Source of the DNA: Eledone cirrhosa
Lineage: Eukaryota
Length of the DNA stretch: 64,000 nucleotides
Direction: 5' to 3'
Assembly: GCA_964016885.1 (NCBI GenBank)
Contig: OZ024752.1
Location: 16,554,001-16,618,000, forward strand
Shown here piece after piece: positions 25,801-39,274 of the stretch (position 1 is its first letter; each line of letters begins with the position of its first letter). The notes beneath the pieces were generated by a model. That model made no database searches. It was given only the letters and a program-made list of their open reading frames with translations, and had not been told where the DNA came from. A program made the translations under genes and the position numbers.

Positions 25801-28800
25801 TAGGTGAAGGATCACTCTGATGTCAGCTGTGTGTGGGAGTCTGTTATGGGACGGATCACTCTGATGTCAGCTGTGTGTGGTAGTCTGTTATGGGAAAGAT
25901 CACTCTGATGTCAGCGTGTGTGGTAGTTTGTTATGGGAAGGATCACTCTGATGTCAGCCAAGTGTGGTAGTCTGTCTAGGGGAAGGATCACTCTGATGTC
26001 AGCCGTGTGTGGTAGTCTGTTATGGGAAGGATCACTCTGATGTCAGCCGTGTGTGGTAGTCTGTTATGGGAAGGATCACTCCGATGTCAGCCGTGTGTGG
26101 TAGTCTGTTTAGGGGAAGGATCACTCTGATGTCAGCCGTGTGTGGTAGTATGTCTAGGTGAAGGATCACTCTGATGTCAGCCAAGTGTGGTAGTCTTTCT
26201 AGGGGAAGGATCACTCTGATGTCAGCCGTGTGTGGTAGTCTGTTATGGGAAGGATCACTCTGATGTCAGCTGTGTGTGATAATCTGTTATGGGAAGGATC
26301 ACTCCGATGTCAGCCGTGTGTGTTAGTCTGTCTAGGTGAAGGATCACTCTGATGTCAGCCAAGTGTGGTAGTCTGTCTAGGGGAAGGATCACTCTGATGT
26401 CAGCCGTGTGTGGTAGTCTGTTATGGGAAGGATCACTCTGATGTCAGCCGTGTGTGGTAGTCTGTCTAGGTGAAGGATCACTCTGATGTCAGTCGTGTGT
26501 GGTAGTCTGTCTAGGGGAAGGATAACTCCGATGTCAGCCGTGTGTGGTAGTCTGTCTAGGTGAAGGATCACTCTGATGTCAGCCGTGTGTGGTAGTCTGT
26601 CTAGGGGAAGGATCACTCTGATGTCAGCCTGTGTGGTAGTCTGTCTAAGGGAAGGATCACTCTGATGTCAGCCGTGTGTGGTAGTCTGTCTAAGGGAAGG
26701 ATCACTCTGATGTCAGTCATGTGTGGTCGTCTGTTATGGGAAGGATCACTCTGATGTCAGCCGTGTGTGGTAGTCTGTCTAGGGGAAGGATCACTCTGAT
26801 GTCAGCCGTGTGTGGCAGTCTGTTATGGGAGGGATCACTCTGATGTCCGCCCTGTGTGGTAGTCTGTCTAGGGGAAGGATCACTCTGATGTCAGCCGTGT
26901 GTGGTAGTCTGTCTAGGGGAAGGATCACTCTGATGTCAGCCGTGTGTGGTAGTCTGTCTAGGGGAAGGATCACTCTGATGTCAGCCGTGTGTGGTAGTCT
27001 GTCTAGGGGAAGGATCACTCTGATGTCAGCCAAGTGTGGTAGTCTGTCTAGGGGAAGGATCACTCTGATGTCAGCCGTGTGTGGCAGTCTGTTATGGGAA
27101 GGATCACTCTGATGTCAGCCGTGTGTGGTAGTCTGTCTAGGGGAAGGATCACTCTGATGTCAGCCGTGTGTGGTAGTCTGTCTAGGGGAAGGATCACTCT
27201 GATGTCAGCCGTGTGTGGTAGTCTGTCTAGGGGAAGGATCACTCTGATGTCAGCCAAGTGTGGTAGTCTGTCTAGGGGAAGGATCACTCTGATGTCAGCC
27301 GTGTGTGGTAGTCTGTCTTGGTGAAGGATCACTCTGATGTCAGCGTGTGTGGTAGTCTGTCTAAGGGAAGGATTACTCTGATGTCAGCCGTGTGTGGTAG
27401 TCTGTCTAGGGGAAGGATCACTCTGATGTCAGCCGTGTGTGGTAGTCTGTCTAGGGGAAGGATCACTCTGATGTCAGCCGTGTGTGGTAGTCTGTCTAGG
27501 GGAAGGATCACTCTGATGTCAGCCGTGTGTGGTAGTCTGTCTAGGGGAAGGATCACTCTGATGTCAGCCGTGTGTGGTAGTCTGTTATGGGAAGGATCAC
27601 TCTGATGTCAGCCGTGTGTGGTAGTCTGTCTAGGTGAAGGATCACTCTGATATCAGCCGTGTGTGGTAGTCTGTCTAGGTGAAGGATCACTCTGATGTCA
27701 GCCAAGTGTGGTAGTATGTCTAGGGGAAGGATCACTCTGATGTCAGCTGTGTGTGGTAGTCTGTTATGGGAAGGATCACTCTGATGTCAGCCGTGTGTGG
27801 TAGTCTGTTATGGGAAGGATCACTCTGATGTCAGCCAAGTGTGGTAGTCTGTCTAGGGGAAGGATCACTCTGATGTCAGCCGTGTGTGGTAGTCTGTCTA
27901 GGGGAAGGATCACTCTGATGTCAGCTGTGTGTGGTAGTCTATCTAGGGGAAGGATCACTCTGATGTCAGCCATGTGTGGTAGTCTGTCTAGCGGAAGGAT
28001 CACTCTGATGTCAGCCACGTGTGGTAGTCTGTCTAGGTGAAGGATCACTCTGATGTCAGCCGTGTGTGGTAGTCTGTTATGGGAAGGATCACTCTGATGT
28101 CAGCTGTGTGTGGGAGTCTGTTATGGGAAGGATCACTCTGATGTCAGCTGTGTGTGGTAGTCTGTTATGGGAAGGATCACTCTGATGTCAGCAGTGTGTG
28201 GTAGTCTGTTATGGGAAGGATCACTCTGATGTCAGCCAAGTGTGGTAGTCTGTCTAGGGTAAGGATCACTCTGATGTCAGCCGTGTGTGGTAGTGTGTTA
28301 TGGGAAAGATCACTCTGATGTCAGCGTGTGTGGTAGTCTGTTATGGGAAGGATCACTCTGATGTCAGCCAAGTGTGGTAGTCTGTCTAGGGGAAGGATCA
28401 CTCTGATGTCAGCCGTGTGTGGTAGTCTGTTATGGGAAGGATCACTCTGATGTCAGCCGTGTGTGGTAGTCTGTTATGGGAAGGATCACTCCGATGTCAG
28501 CCGTGTGTGGTAGTCTGTTTAGGGGAAGGATCACTCTGATGTCAGCCGTGTGTGGTAGTATGTCTAGGTGAAGGATCACTCTGATGTCAGCCAAGTGTGG
28601 TAGTCTGTCTAGGGGAAGGATCACTCTGATGTCAGCCGTGTGTGGTAGTCTGTCTAGGGGAAGGATCACTCTGATGTCAGCCGTGTGTGGTAGTCTGTCT
28701 AGGGGAAGGATCACTCTGATGTCAGCCGTGTGTGGTAGTCTGTCTAGGGGAAGGATCACTCTGATGTCAGCCGTGTGTGGTAGTCTGTCTAGGGGAGGAT

Positions 28801-31800
28801 CACTCTGATGTGAGCCGTGTGTGGTAGTCTGTCTAGGTGAAAGATCACTCTGATGTCAGCTGTGTGTGGTAGTCTGTCTAGGGGAAGGATCACTCTGATG
28901 TCAGCCATGTATGGTAGTCTGTCTAGGGGAAGGATCACTTTGATGTCAGCCACGTGTGGTAGTCTGTCTAGGTGAAGGATCAGTCTGATGTCAGCCGTGT
29001 GTGGTAGTCTGTCTAGGTGAAGGATCACTCTGATGTCAGCCAAGTGTGGTAGTCTGTCTAGGGGAAGGATCACTCTGATGTCAGCCGTGTGTGGTAGTCT
29101 GTTATGGGAAGGATCACTCTGATGTCAGCCGTGTGTGGTAGTCTGTCTAGGTGAAGGATCACTCTGATATCAGCCGTGTGTGGTAGTCTGTCTAGGTGAA
29201 GGATCACTCTGATGTCAGCCAAGTGTGGTAGTATGTCTAGGGGAAGGATCACTCTGATGTCAGCCGTGTGTGGTAGTCTGTTATGGGAAGGATCACTCTG
29301 ATGTCAGCCGTGTGTGGTAGTCTGTCTAGGTGAAGGATCACTCTGATGTCAGTCGTGTGTGGTAGTCTGTCTAGGTGAAGGATCACTCTGATGTCAGCCG
29401 TGTGTGGTAGTCTGTCTAGGGGAAGGATCACTCTGATGTCAGCCTGTGTGGTAGTCTGTCTAAGGGAAGGATCACTCTGATGTCAGCCGTGTGTGGTAGT
29501 CTGTCTAAGGGAAGGATCACTCTGATGTCAGTCATGTGTGGTAGTCTGTTATGGGAAGGATCACTCTGATGTCAGCCGTGTGTGGTAGTCTGTCTAGGGG
29601 AAGGATCACTCTGATGTCAGCCGTGTGTGGCAGTCTGTTATGGGAAGGATCACTCTGATGTCAGCCGTGTGTGGTAGTCTGTCTAGGGGAAGGATCAGTC
29701 TGATGTCAGCCGTGTGTGGTAGTCTGTCTAGGGGAAGGATCACTCTGATGTCAGCCGTGTGTGGTAGTCTGTCTAGGGGAAGGATCACTCTGATGTCAGC
29801 TGTGTGTGGTAGTCTATCTAGGGGAAGGATCACTCTGATGTCAGCCATGTGTGGTAGTCTGTCTAGCGGAAGGATCACTCTGATGTCAGCCACGTGTGGT
29901 AGTCTGTCTAGGGGAAGGATCACTCTGATGTCAGCCGTGTGTGGTAGTCTGTCTAGGGGAAGGATCACTCTGATGTCAGCTGTGTGTGGTAGTCTATCTA
30001 GGGGAAGGATCACTCTGATGTCAGCCATGTGTGGTAGTCTGTCTAGCGGAAGGATCACTCTGATGTCAGCCACGTGTGGTAGTCTGTCTAGGTGAAGGAT
30101 CACTCTGATGTCAGCCGTGTGTGGTAGTCTGTTATGGGAAGGATCACTCTGATGTCAGCTGTGTGTGGGAGTCTGTTATGGGAAGGATCACTCTGATGTC
30201 AGCTGTGTGTGGTAGTCTGTTATGGGAAGGATCACTCTGATGTCAGCCGTGTGTGGTAGTCTGTCTAGGTGAAGGATCACTCTGATGTCAGCTGTGTGGT
30301 AGTCTGTCTAGGGGAAGGATCATTCTGATGTCAGCCATGTATGGTAGTCTGTCTAGGGGAAGGATCACTTTGATGTCAGCCACGTGTGGTAGTCTGTCTA
30401 GGTGAAGGATCACTCTGATGTCAGCCGTGTGTGGTAGTCTGTCTAGGTGAAGGATCACTCTGATGTCAGCCAAGTGTGGTAGTCTGTCTAGGGGAAGGAT
30501 CACTCTGATGTCAGCCGTGTGTGGTAGTCTGTTATGGGAAGGATCACTCTGATGTCAGCCGTGTGTGGTAGTCTGTCTAGGTGAAGGATCACTCTGATAT
30601 CAGCCGTGTGTGGTAGTCTGTCTAGGTGAAGGATCACTCTGATGTCAGCCAAGTGTGGTAGTATGTCTAGGGGAAGGATCACTCTGATGTCAGCCGTGTG
30701 TGGTAGTCTGTTATGGGAAGGATCACTCTGATGTCAGCCGTGTGTGGTAGTCTGTCTAGGTGAAGGATCACTCTGATGTCAGTCGTGTGTGGTAGTCTGT
30801 CTAGGTGAAGGATCACTCTGATGTCAGCCGTGTGTGGTAGTTTGTCTAGGGGAAGGATCACTCTGATGTCAGCCTGTGTGGTAGTCTGTCTAAGGGAAGG
30901 ATCACTCTGATGTCAGCCGTGTGTGGTAGTCTGTTATGGGAAGGATCACTCCGATGTCAGCCGTGTGTGGTAGTCTGTTTAGGGGAAGGATCACTCTGAT
31001 GTCAGCCGTGTGTGGTAATATGTCTAGGTGAAGGATCACTCTGATGTCAGCCAAGTGTGGTAGTCTGTCTAGGGGAAGGATCACTCTGATGTCAGCCGTG
31101 TGTGGTAGTCTGTTATGGGAAGGATCACTCTGATGTCAGCTGTGTGTGATAATCTGTTATGGGAAGGATCACTCCGATGTCAGCCGTGTGTGGTAGTCTG
31201 TCTAGGTGAAGGATCACTCTGATGTCAGCCAAGTGTGGTAGTCTGTCTAGGGGAAGGATCACTCTGATGTCAGCCGTGTGTGGTAGTCTGTTATGGGAAG
31301 GATCACTCTGATGTCAGCCGTGTGTGGTAGTCTGTCTAGGTGAAGGATCACTCTGATGTCAGTCGTGTGCGGTAGTCTGTCTAGGTGAAGGATCACTCTG
31401 ATGTCAGCCGTGTGTGGTAGTCTGTCTAGGGGAAGGATCACTCTGATGTCAGCCTGTGTGGTAGTCTGTCTAAGGGAAGGATCACTCTGATGTCAGCCGT
31501 GTGTGGTAGTCTGTCTAAGGGAAGGATCACTCTGATGTCAGTCATGTGTGGTAGTCTGTTATGGGAAGGATCACTCTGATGTCAGCCGTGTGTGGTAGTC
31601 TGTCTAGGGGAAGGATCACTCTGATGTCAGCCGTGTGTGGCAGTCTGTTATGGGAGGGATCACTCTGATGTCCGCCGTGTGTGGTAGTCTGTCTAGGGGA
31701 AGGATCACTCTGATGTCAGCCGTGTGTGGTAGTCTGTCTAGGGGAAGGATCACTCTGATGTCAGCCGTGTGTGGTAGTCTGTCTAGGGGAAGGATCACTC

Positions 31801-34800
31801 TGATGTCAGCCAAGTGTGGTAGTCTGTCTAGGGGAAGGATCACTCTGATGTCAGCCGTGTGTGGCAGTCTGTTATGGGAAGGATCACTCTGATGTCAGCC
31901 GTGTGTGGTAGTCTGTCTAGGGGAAGGATCACTCTGATGTCAGCCGTGTGTGGTAGTCTGTCTAGGGGAAGGATCACTCTGATGTCAGCCGTGTGTGGTA
32001 GTCTGTCTAGGGGAAGGATCACTCTGATGTCAGCCAAGTGTGGTAGTCTGTCTAGGGGAAGGATCACTCTGATGTCAGCCGTGTGTGGTAGTCTGTCTTG
32101 GTGAAGGATCACTCTGATGTCAGCGTGTGTGGTAGTCTGTCTAAGGGAAGGATTACTCTGATGTCAGCCGTGTGTGGTAGTCTGTCTAGGGGAAGGATCA
32201 CTCTGATGTCAGCCGTGTGTGGTAGTCTGTCTAGGGGAAGGATCACTCTGATGTCAGCCGTGTGTGGTAGTCTGTCTAGGGGAAGGATCACTCTGATGTC
32301 AGCCGTGTGTGGTAGTCTGTCTAGGGGAAGGATCACTCTGATGTCAGCCGTGTGTGGTAGTCTGTCTAGGGGGAGGATCACTCTGATGTGAGCCGTGTGT
32401 GGTAGTCTGTCTAGGTGAAGGATCACTCTGATGTCAGCCATGTGTGGTAGTCTGTCTAGGGGAAGGATCACTTTGATGTCAGCCACGTGTGGTAGTCTGT
32501 CTAGGTGAAGGATCACTCTGATGTCAGCCGTGTGTGGTAGTCTGTCTAGGTGAAGGATCACTCTGATGTCAGCCAAGTGTGATAGTCTGTCTAGGGGAAG
32601 GATCACTCTGATGTCAGCCGTGTGTGGTAGTCTGTCTAGGTGAAGGATCACTCTGATATCAGCCGTGTGTGGTAGTCTGTCTAGGTGAAGGATCACTCTG
32701 ATGTCAGCCAAGTGTGGTAGTATGTCTAGGGGAAGGATCACTCTGATGTCAGCCGTGTGTGGTAGTCTGTTATGGGAAGGATCACTCTGATGTCAGCCGT
32801 GTGTGGTAGTCTGTCTAGGTGAAGGATCACTCTGATGTCAGTCGTGTGTGGTAGCCTGTCTAGGTGAAGGATCACTCTGATGTCAGCCGTGTGTGGTAGT
32901 CTGTCTAGGGGAAGGATCACTCTGATGTCAGCCTGTGTGGTAGTCTGTCTAAGGGAAGGATCACTCTGATGTCAGCCGTGTGTGGTAGTCTGTCTAAGGG
33001 AAGGATCACTCTGATGTCAGCTGTGTGTGGTAGTCTGTCTAGGGGAAGGATAACTCTGATGTCAGCCGTGTGTGGTAGTCTGTCTAGGGGAAGGATCACT
33101 CTGATGTCAGCCAAGTGTGGTAGTCTGTCTAGGGGAAGGATCACTCTGATGTGAGCCGTGTGTGGTAGTCTGTCTAGGTGAAGGATCACTCTGATGTCAG
33201 CTATGTGGTAGTCTGTCTAGGGGAAGGATCACTCTGATGTCAGCCATGTATGGTAGTCTGTCTAGGGGAAGGATCACTTTGATGTCAGCCACGTGTGGTA
33301 GTCTGTCTAGGTGAAGGATCACTCTGATGTCAGCCGTGTGTGGTAGTCTGTCTAGGTGAAGGATCACTCTGATGTCAGCCAAGTGTGGTAGTCTGTCTAG
33401 GGGAAGGATCACTCTGATGTCAGCCGTGTGTGGTAGTCTGTTATGGGAAGGATCACTCTGATGTCAGCCGTGTGTGGTAGTCTGTCTAGGTGAAGGATCA
33501 CTCTGATATCAGCCGTGTGTGGTAGTCTGTCTAGGTGAAGGATCACTCTGATGTCAGCCAAGTGTGGTAGTATGTCTAGGGGAAGGATCAGTCTGATGTC
33601 AGCCGTGTGTGGTAGTCTGTTATGGGAAGGATCACTCTGATGTCAGCCGTGTGTGGTAGTCTGTCTAGGTGAAGGATCACTCTGATGTCAGTCGTGTGTG
33701 GTAGTCTGTCTAGGTGAAGGATCACTCTGATGTCAGCCGTGTGTGGTAGTTTGTCTAGGGGAAGGATCACTCTGATGTCAGCCTGTGTGGTAGTCTGTCT
33801 AAGGGAAGGATCACTCTGATGTCAGCCGTGTGTGGTAGTCTGTTATGGGAAGGATCACTCCGATGTCAGCCGTGTGTGGTAGTCTGTTTAGGGGAAGGAT
33901 CACTCTGATGTCAGCCGTGTGTGGTAGTATGTCTAGGTGAAGGATCACTCTGATGTCAGCCAAGTGTGGTAGTCTGTCTAGGGGAAGGATCACTCTGATG
34001 TCAGCCGTGTGTGGTAGTCTGTTATGGGAAGGATCACTCTGATGTCAGCTGTGTGTGATAATCTGTTATGGGAAGGATCACTCCGATGTCAGCCGTGTGT
34101 GGTAGTCTGTCTAGGTGAAGGATCACTCTGATGTCAGCCAAGTGTGGTAGTCTGTCTAGGGGAAGGATCACTCTGATGTCAGCCGTGTGTGGTAGTCTGT
34201 TATGGGAAGGATCACTCTGATGTCAGCCGTGTGTGGTAGTCTGTCTAGATGAAGGATCACTCTGATGTCAGTCGTGTGCGGTAGTCTGTCTAGGTGAAGG
34301 ATCACTCTGATGTCAGCCGTGTGTGGTAGTCTGTCTAGGGGAAGGATCACTCTGATGTCAGCCTGTGTGGTAGTCTGTCTAAGGGAAGGATCACTCTGAT
34401 GTCAGCCGTGTGTGGTAGTCTGTCTAAGGGAAGGATCACTCTGATGTCAGTCATGTGTGGTAGTCTGTTATGGGAAGGATCACTCTGATGTCAGCCGTGT
34501 GTGGTTATCTGTCTAGGGGAAGGATCACTCTGATGTCAGCCGTGTGTGGCAGTCTGTTATGGGAGGGATCACTCTGATGTCAGCTGTGTGTGATAATCTG
34601 TTATGGGAAGGATCACTCCGATGTCAGCCGTGTGTGGTAGTCTGTCTAGGTGAAGGATCACTCTGATGTCAGCCAAGTGTGGTAGTCTGTCTAGGGGAAG
34701 GATCACTCTGATGTCAGCCGTGTGTGGTAGTCTGTTATGGGAAGGATCACTCTGATGTCAGCCGTGTGTGGTAGTCTGTCTAGATGAAGGATCACTCTGA

Positions 34801-37800
34801 TGTCAGTCGTGTGCGGTAGTCTGTCTAGGTGAAGGATCACTCTGATGTCAGCCGTGTGTGGTAGTCTGTCTAGGGGAAGGATCACTCTGATGTCAGCCGT
34901 GTGTGGTAGTCTGTCTAGGGGAAGGATCACTCTGATGTCAGCCGTGTGTGGTAGTCTGTCTAGGGGAAGGATCACTCTGATGTCAGCCGTGTGTGGTAGT
35001 CTGTCTAGGGGGAGGATCACTCTGATGTGAGCCGTGTGTGGTAGTCTGTCTAGGTGAAGGATCACTCTGATGTCAGCCATGTGTGGTAGTCTGTCTAGGG
35101 GAAGGATCACTTTGATGTCAGCCACGTGTGGTAGTCTGTCTAGGTGAAGGATCACTCTGATGTCAGCCGTGTGTGGTAGTCTGTCTAGGTGAAGGATCAC
35201 TCTGATGTCAGCCAAGTGTGATAGTCTGTCTAGGGGAAGGATCACTCTGATGTCAGCCGTGTGTGGTAGTCTGTCTAGGTGAAGGATCACTCTGATATCA
35301 GCCGTGTGTGGTAGTCTGTCTAGGTGAAGGATCACTCTGATGTCAGCCAAGTGTGGTAGTATGTCTAGGGGAAGGATCACTCTGATGTCAGCCGTGTGTG
35401 GTAGTCTGTTATGGGAAGGATCACTCTGATGTCAGCCGTGTGTGGTAGTCTGTCTAGGTGAAGGATCACTCTGATGTCAGTCGTGTGTGGTAGCCTGTCT
35501 AGGTGAAGGATCACTCTGATGTCAGCCGTGTGTGGTAGTCTGTCTAGGGGAAGGATCACTCTGATGTCAGCCTGTGTGGTAGTCTGTCTAAGGGAAGGAT
35601 CACTCTGATGTCAGCCGTGTGTGGTAGTCTGTCTAGGGGAAGGATCACTCTGATGTCAGCTGTGTGTGGTAGTCTGTCTAGGGGAAGGATAACTCTGATG
35701 TCAGCCGTGTGTGGTAGTCTGTCTAGGGGAAGGATCACTCTGATGTCAGCCAAGTGTGGTAGTCTGTCTAGGGGAAGGATCACTCTGATGTCAGCCGTGT
35801 GTGGCAGTCTGTTATGGGAAGGATCACTCTGATGTCAGCCGTGTGTGGTAGTCTGTCTAGGGGAAGGATCACTCTGATGTCAGCCGTGTGTGGTAGTCTG
35901 TCTAGGGGAAGGATCACTCTGATGTCAGCCGTGTGTGGTAGTCTGTCTAGGGGAAGGATCACTCTGATGTCAGCCAAGTGTGGTAGTCTGTCTAGGGGAA
36001 GGATCACTCTGATGTCAGCCGTGTGTGGTAGTCTGTCTTGGTGAAGGATCACTCTGATGTCAGCGTGTGTGGTAGTCTGTCTAAGGGAAGGATTACTCTG
36101 ATGTCAGCCGTGTGTGGTAGTCTGTCTAGGGGAAGGATCACTCTGATGTCAGCCGTGTGTGGTAGTCTGTCTAGGGGAAGGATCACTCTGATGTCAGCCG
36201 TGTGTGGTAGTCTGTCTAGGGGAAGGATCACTCTGATGTCAGCCGTGTGTGGTAGTCTGTCTAGGGGAAGGATCACTCTGATGTCAGCCGTGTGTGGTAG
36301 TCTGTCTAGGGGGAGGATCACTCTGATGTGAGCCGTGTGTGGTAGTCTGTCTAGGTGAAGGATCACTCTGATGTCAGCCATGTGTGGTAGTCTGTCTAGG
36401 GGAAGGATCACTTTGATGTCAGCCACGTGTGGTAGTCTGTCTAGGTGAAGGATCACTCTGATGTCAGCCGTGTGTGGTAGTCTGTCTAGGTGAAGGATCA
36501 CTCTGATGTCAGCCAAGTGTGATAGTCTGTCTAGGGGAAGGATCACTCTGATGTCAGCCGTGTGTGGTAGTCTGTCTAGGTGAAGGATCACTCTGATATC
36601 AGCCGTGTGTGGTAGTCTGTCTAGGTGAAGGATCACTCTGATGTCAGCCAAGTGTGGTAGTATGTCTAGGGGAAGGATCACTCTGATGTCAGCCGTGTGT
36701 GGTAGTCTGTTATGGGAAGGATCACTCTGATGTCAGCCGTGTGTGGTAGTCTGTCTAGGTGAAGGATCACTCTGATGTCAGTCGTGTGTGGTAGCCTGTC
36801 TAGGTGAAGGATCACTCTGATGTCAGCCGTGTGTGGTAGTCTGTCTAGGGGAAGGATCACTCTGATGTCAGCCTGTGTGGTAGTCTGTCTAAGGGAAGGA
36901 TCACTCTGATGTCAGCCGTGTGTGGTAGTCTGTCTAAGGGAAGGATCACTCTGATGTCAGCTGTGTGTGGTAGTCTGTCTAGGGGAAGGATAACTCTGAT
37001 GTCAGCCGTGTGTGGTAGTCTGTCTAGGGGAAGGATAACTCTGATGTCAGCCGTGTGTGGCAGTCTGTTATGGGAAGGATCACTCTGATGTCAGCCGTGT
37101 GTGGTAGTCTGTCTAGGGGAAGGATCACTCTGATGTCAGCCGTGTGTGGTAGTCTGTCTAGGGGAAGGATCACTCTGATGTCAGCCAAGTGTGGTAGTCT
37201 GTCTAGGGGAAGGATCACTCTGATGTCAGCCGTGTGTGGCAGTCTGTTATGGGAAGGATCACTCTGATGTCAGCCGTGTGTGGCAGTCTGTCTAGGGGAA
37301 GGATCACTCTGATGTCAGCCGTGTGTGGTAGTCTGTCTAGGGGAAGGATCACTCTGATGTCAGCCGTGTGTGGTAGTCTGTCTAAAGGAAGGATCACTCT
37401 GATGTCAGCTGTGTGTGGTAGTCTGCTAAGGGAAGGATCACTCTGATGTCAGCTGTGTGTGGAAGTCTGCCTAAGGGAAGGATCACTCTGATGTCAGCCG
37501 TGTGTGGTAGTCTGTCTAGGTGAAGGATCACTCTGATGTCAGTCGTGTGTGGTAGCCTGTCTAGGTGAAGGATCACTCTGATGTCAGCCGTGTGTGGTAG
37601 TCTGTCTAGGGGAAGGATCACTCTGATGTCAGCCTGTGTGGTAGTCTGTCTAAGGGAAGGATCACTCTGATGTCAGCCGTGTGTGGTAGTCTGTCTAGGG
37701 GAAGGATCACTCTGATGTCAGCCGTGTGTGGTAGTCTGTATAGGGGAAGGATCACTCTGATGTCAGCCAAGTGTGGTAGTCTGTCTAGGGGAAGGATCAC

Positions 37801-39274
37801 TCTGATGTCAGCCGTGTGTGGCAGTCTGTTATGGGAAGGATCACTCTGATGTCAGCCGTGTGTGGTAGTCTGTCTAGGGGAAGGATCACTCTGATGTCAG
37901 CCGTGTGTGGTAGTCTGTCTAGGGGAAGGATCACTCTGATGTCAGCCGTGTGTGGTAGTCTGTCTAGGGGAAGGATCACTCTGATGTCAGCCAAGTGTGG
38001 TAGTCTGTCTAGGGGAAGGATCACTCTGATGTCAGCCGTGTGTGGTAGTCTGTCTTGGTGAAGGATCACTCTGATGTCAGCGTGTGTGGTAGTCTGTCTA
38101 AGGGAAGGATTACTCTGATGTCAGCCGTGTGTGGTAGTCTGTCTAGGGGAAGGATCACTCTGATGTCAGCCGTGTGTGGTAGTCTGTCTAGGGGAAGGAT
38201 CACTCTGATGTCAGCCGTGTGTGGTAGTCTGTCTAGGGGAAGGATCACTCTGATGTCAGCCGTGTGTGGTAGTCTGTCTAGGGGAAGGATCACTCTGATG
38301 TCAGCCGTGTGTGGTAGTCTGTCTAGGGGGAGGATCACTCTGATGTGAGCCGTGTGTGGTAGTCTGTCTAGGTGAAGGATCACTCTGATGTCAGCTGTGT
38401 GTGGTAGTCTGTCTAGGGGAAGGATCACTCTGATGTCAGCCATGTGTGGTAGTCTGTCTAGGGGAAGGATCACTTTGATGTCAGCCACGTGTGGTAGTCT
38501 GTCTAGGTGAAGGATCACTCTGATGTCAGCCGTGTGTGGTAGTCTGTCTAGGTGAAGGATCACTCTGATGTCAGCCAAGTGTGATAGTCTGTCTAGGGGA
38601 AGGATCACTCTGATGTCAGCCGTGTGTGGTAGTCTGTCTAGGTGAAGGATCACTCTGATATCAGCCGTGTGTGGTAGTCTGTCTAGGTGAAGGATCACTC
38701 TGATGTCAGCCAAGTGTGGTAGTATGTCTAGGGGAAGGATCACTCTGATGTCAGCCGTGTGTGGTAGTCTGTTATGGGAAGGATCACTCTGATGTCAGCC
38801 GTGTGTGGTAGTCTGTCTAGGTGAAGGATCACTCTGATGTCAGTCGTGTGTGGTAGCCTGTCTAGGTGAAGGATCACTCTGATGTCAGCCGTGTGTGGTA
38901 GTCTGTCTAGGGGAAGGATCACTCTGATGTCAGCCTGTGTGGTAGTCTGTCTAAGGGAAGGATCACTCTGATGTCAGCCGTGTGTGGTAGTCTGTCTAAG
39001 GGAAGGATCACTCTGATGTCAGCTGTGTGTGGTAGTCTGTCTAGGGGAAGGATAACTCTGATGTCAGCCGTGTGTGGTAGTCTGTCTAGGGGAAGGATAA
39101 CTCTGATGTCAGCCGTGTGTGGCAGTCTGTTATGGGAAGGATCACTCTGATGTCAGCCGTGTGTGGTAGTCTGTCTAGGGGAAGGATCAGTCTGATGTCA
39201 GCCGTGTGTGGTAGTCTGTCTAGGGGAAGGATCACTCTGATGTCAGCCGTGTGTGGTAGTCTGTCTAGGGGAAG

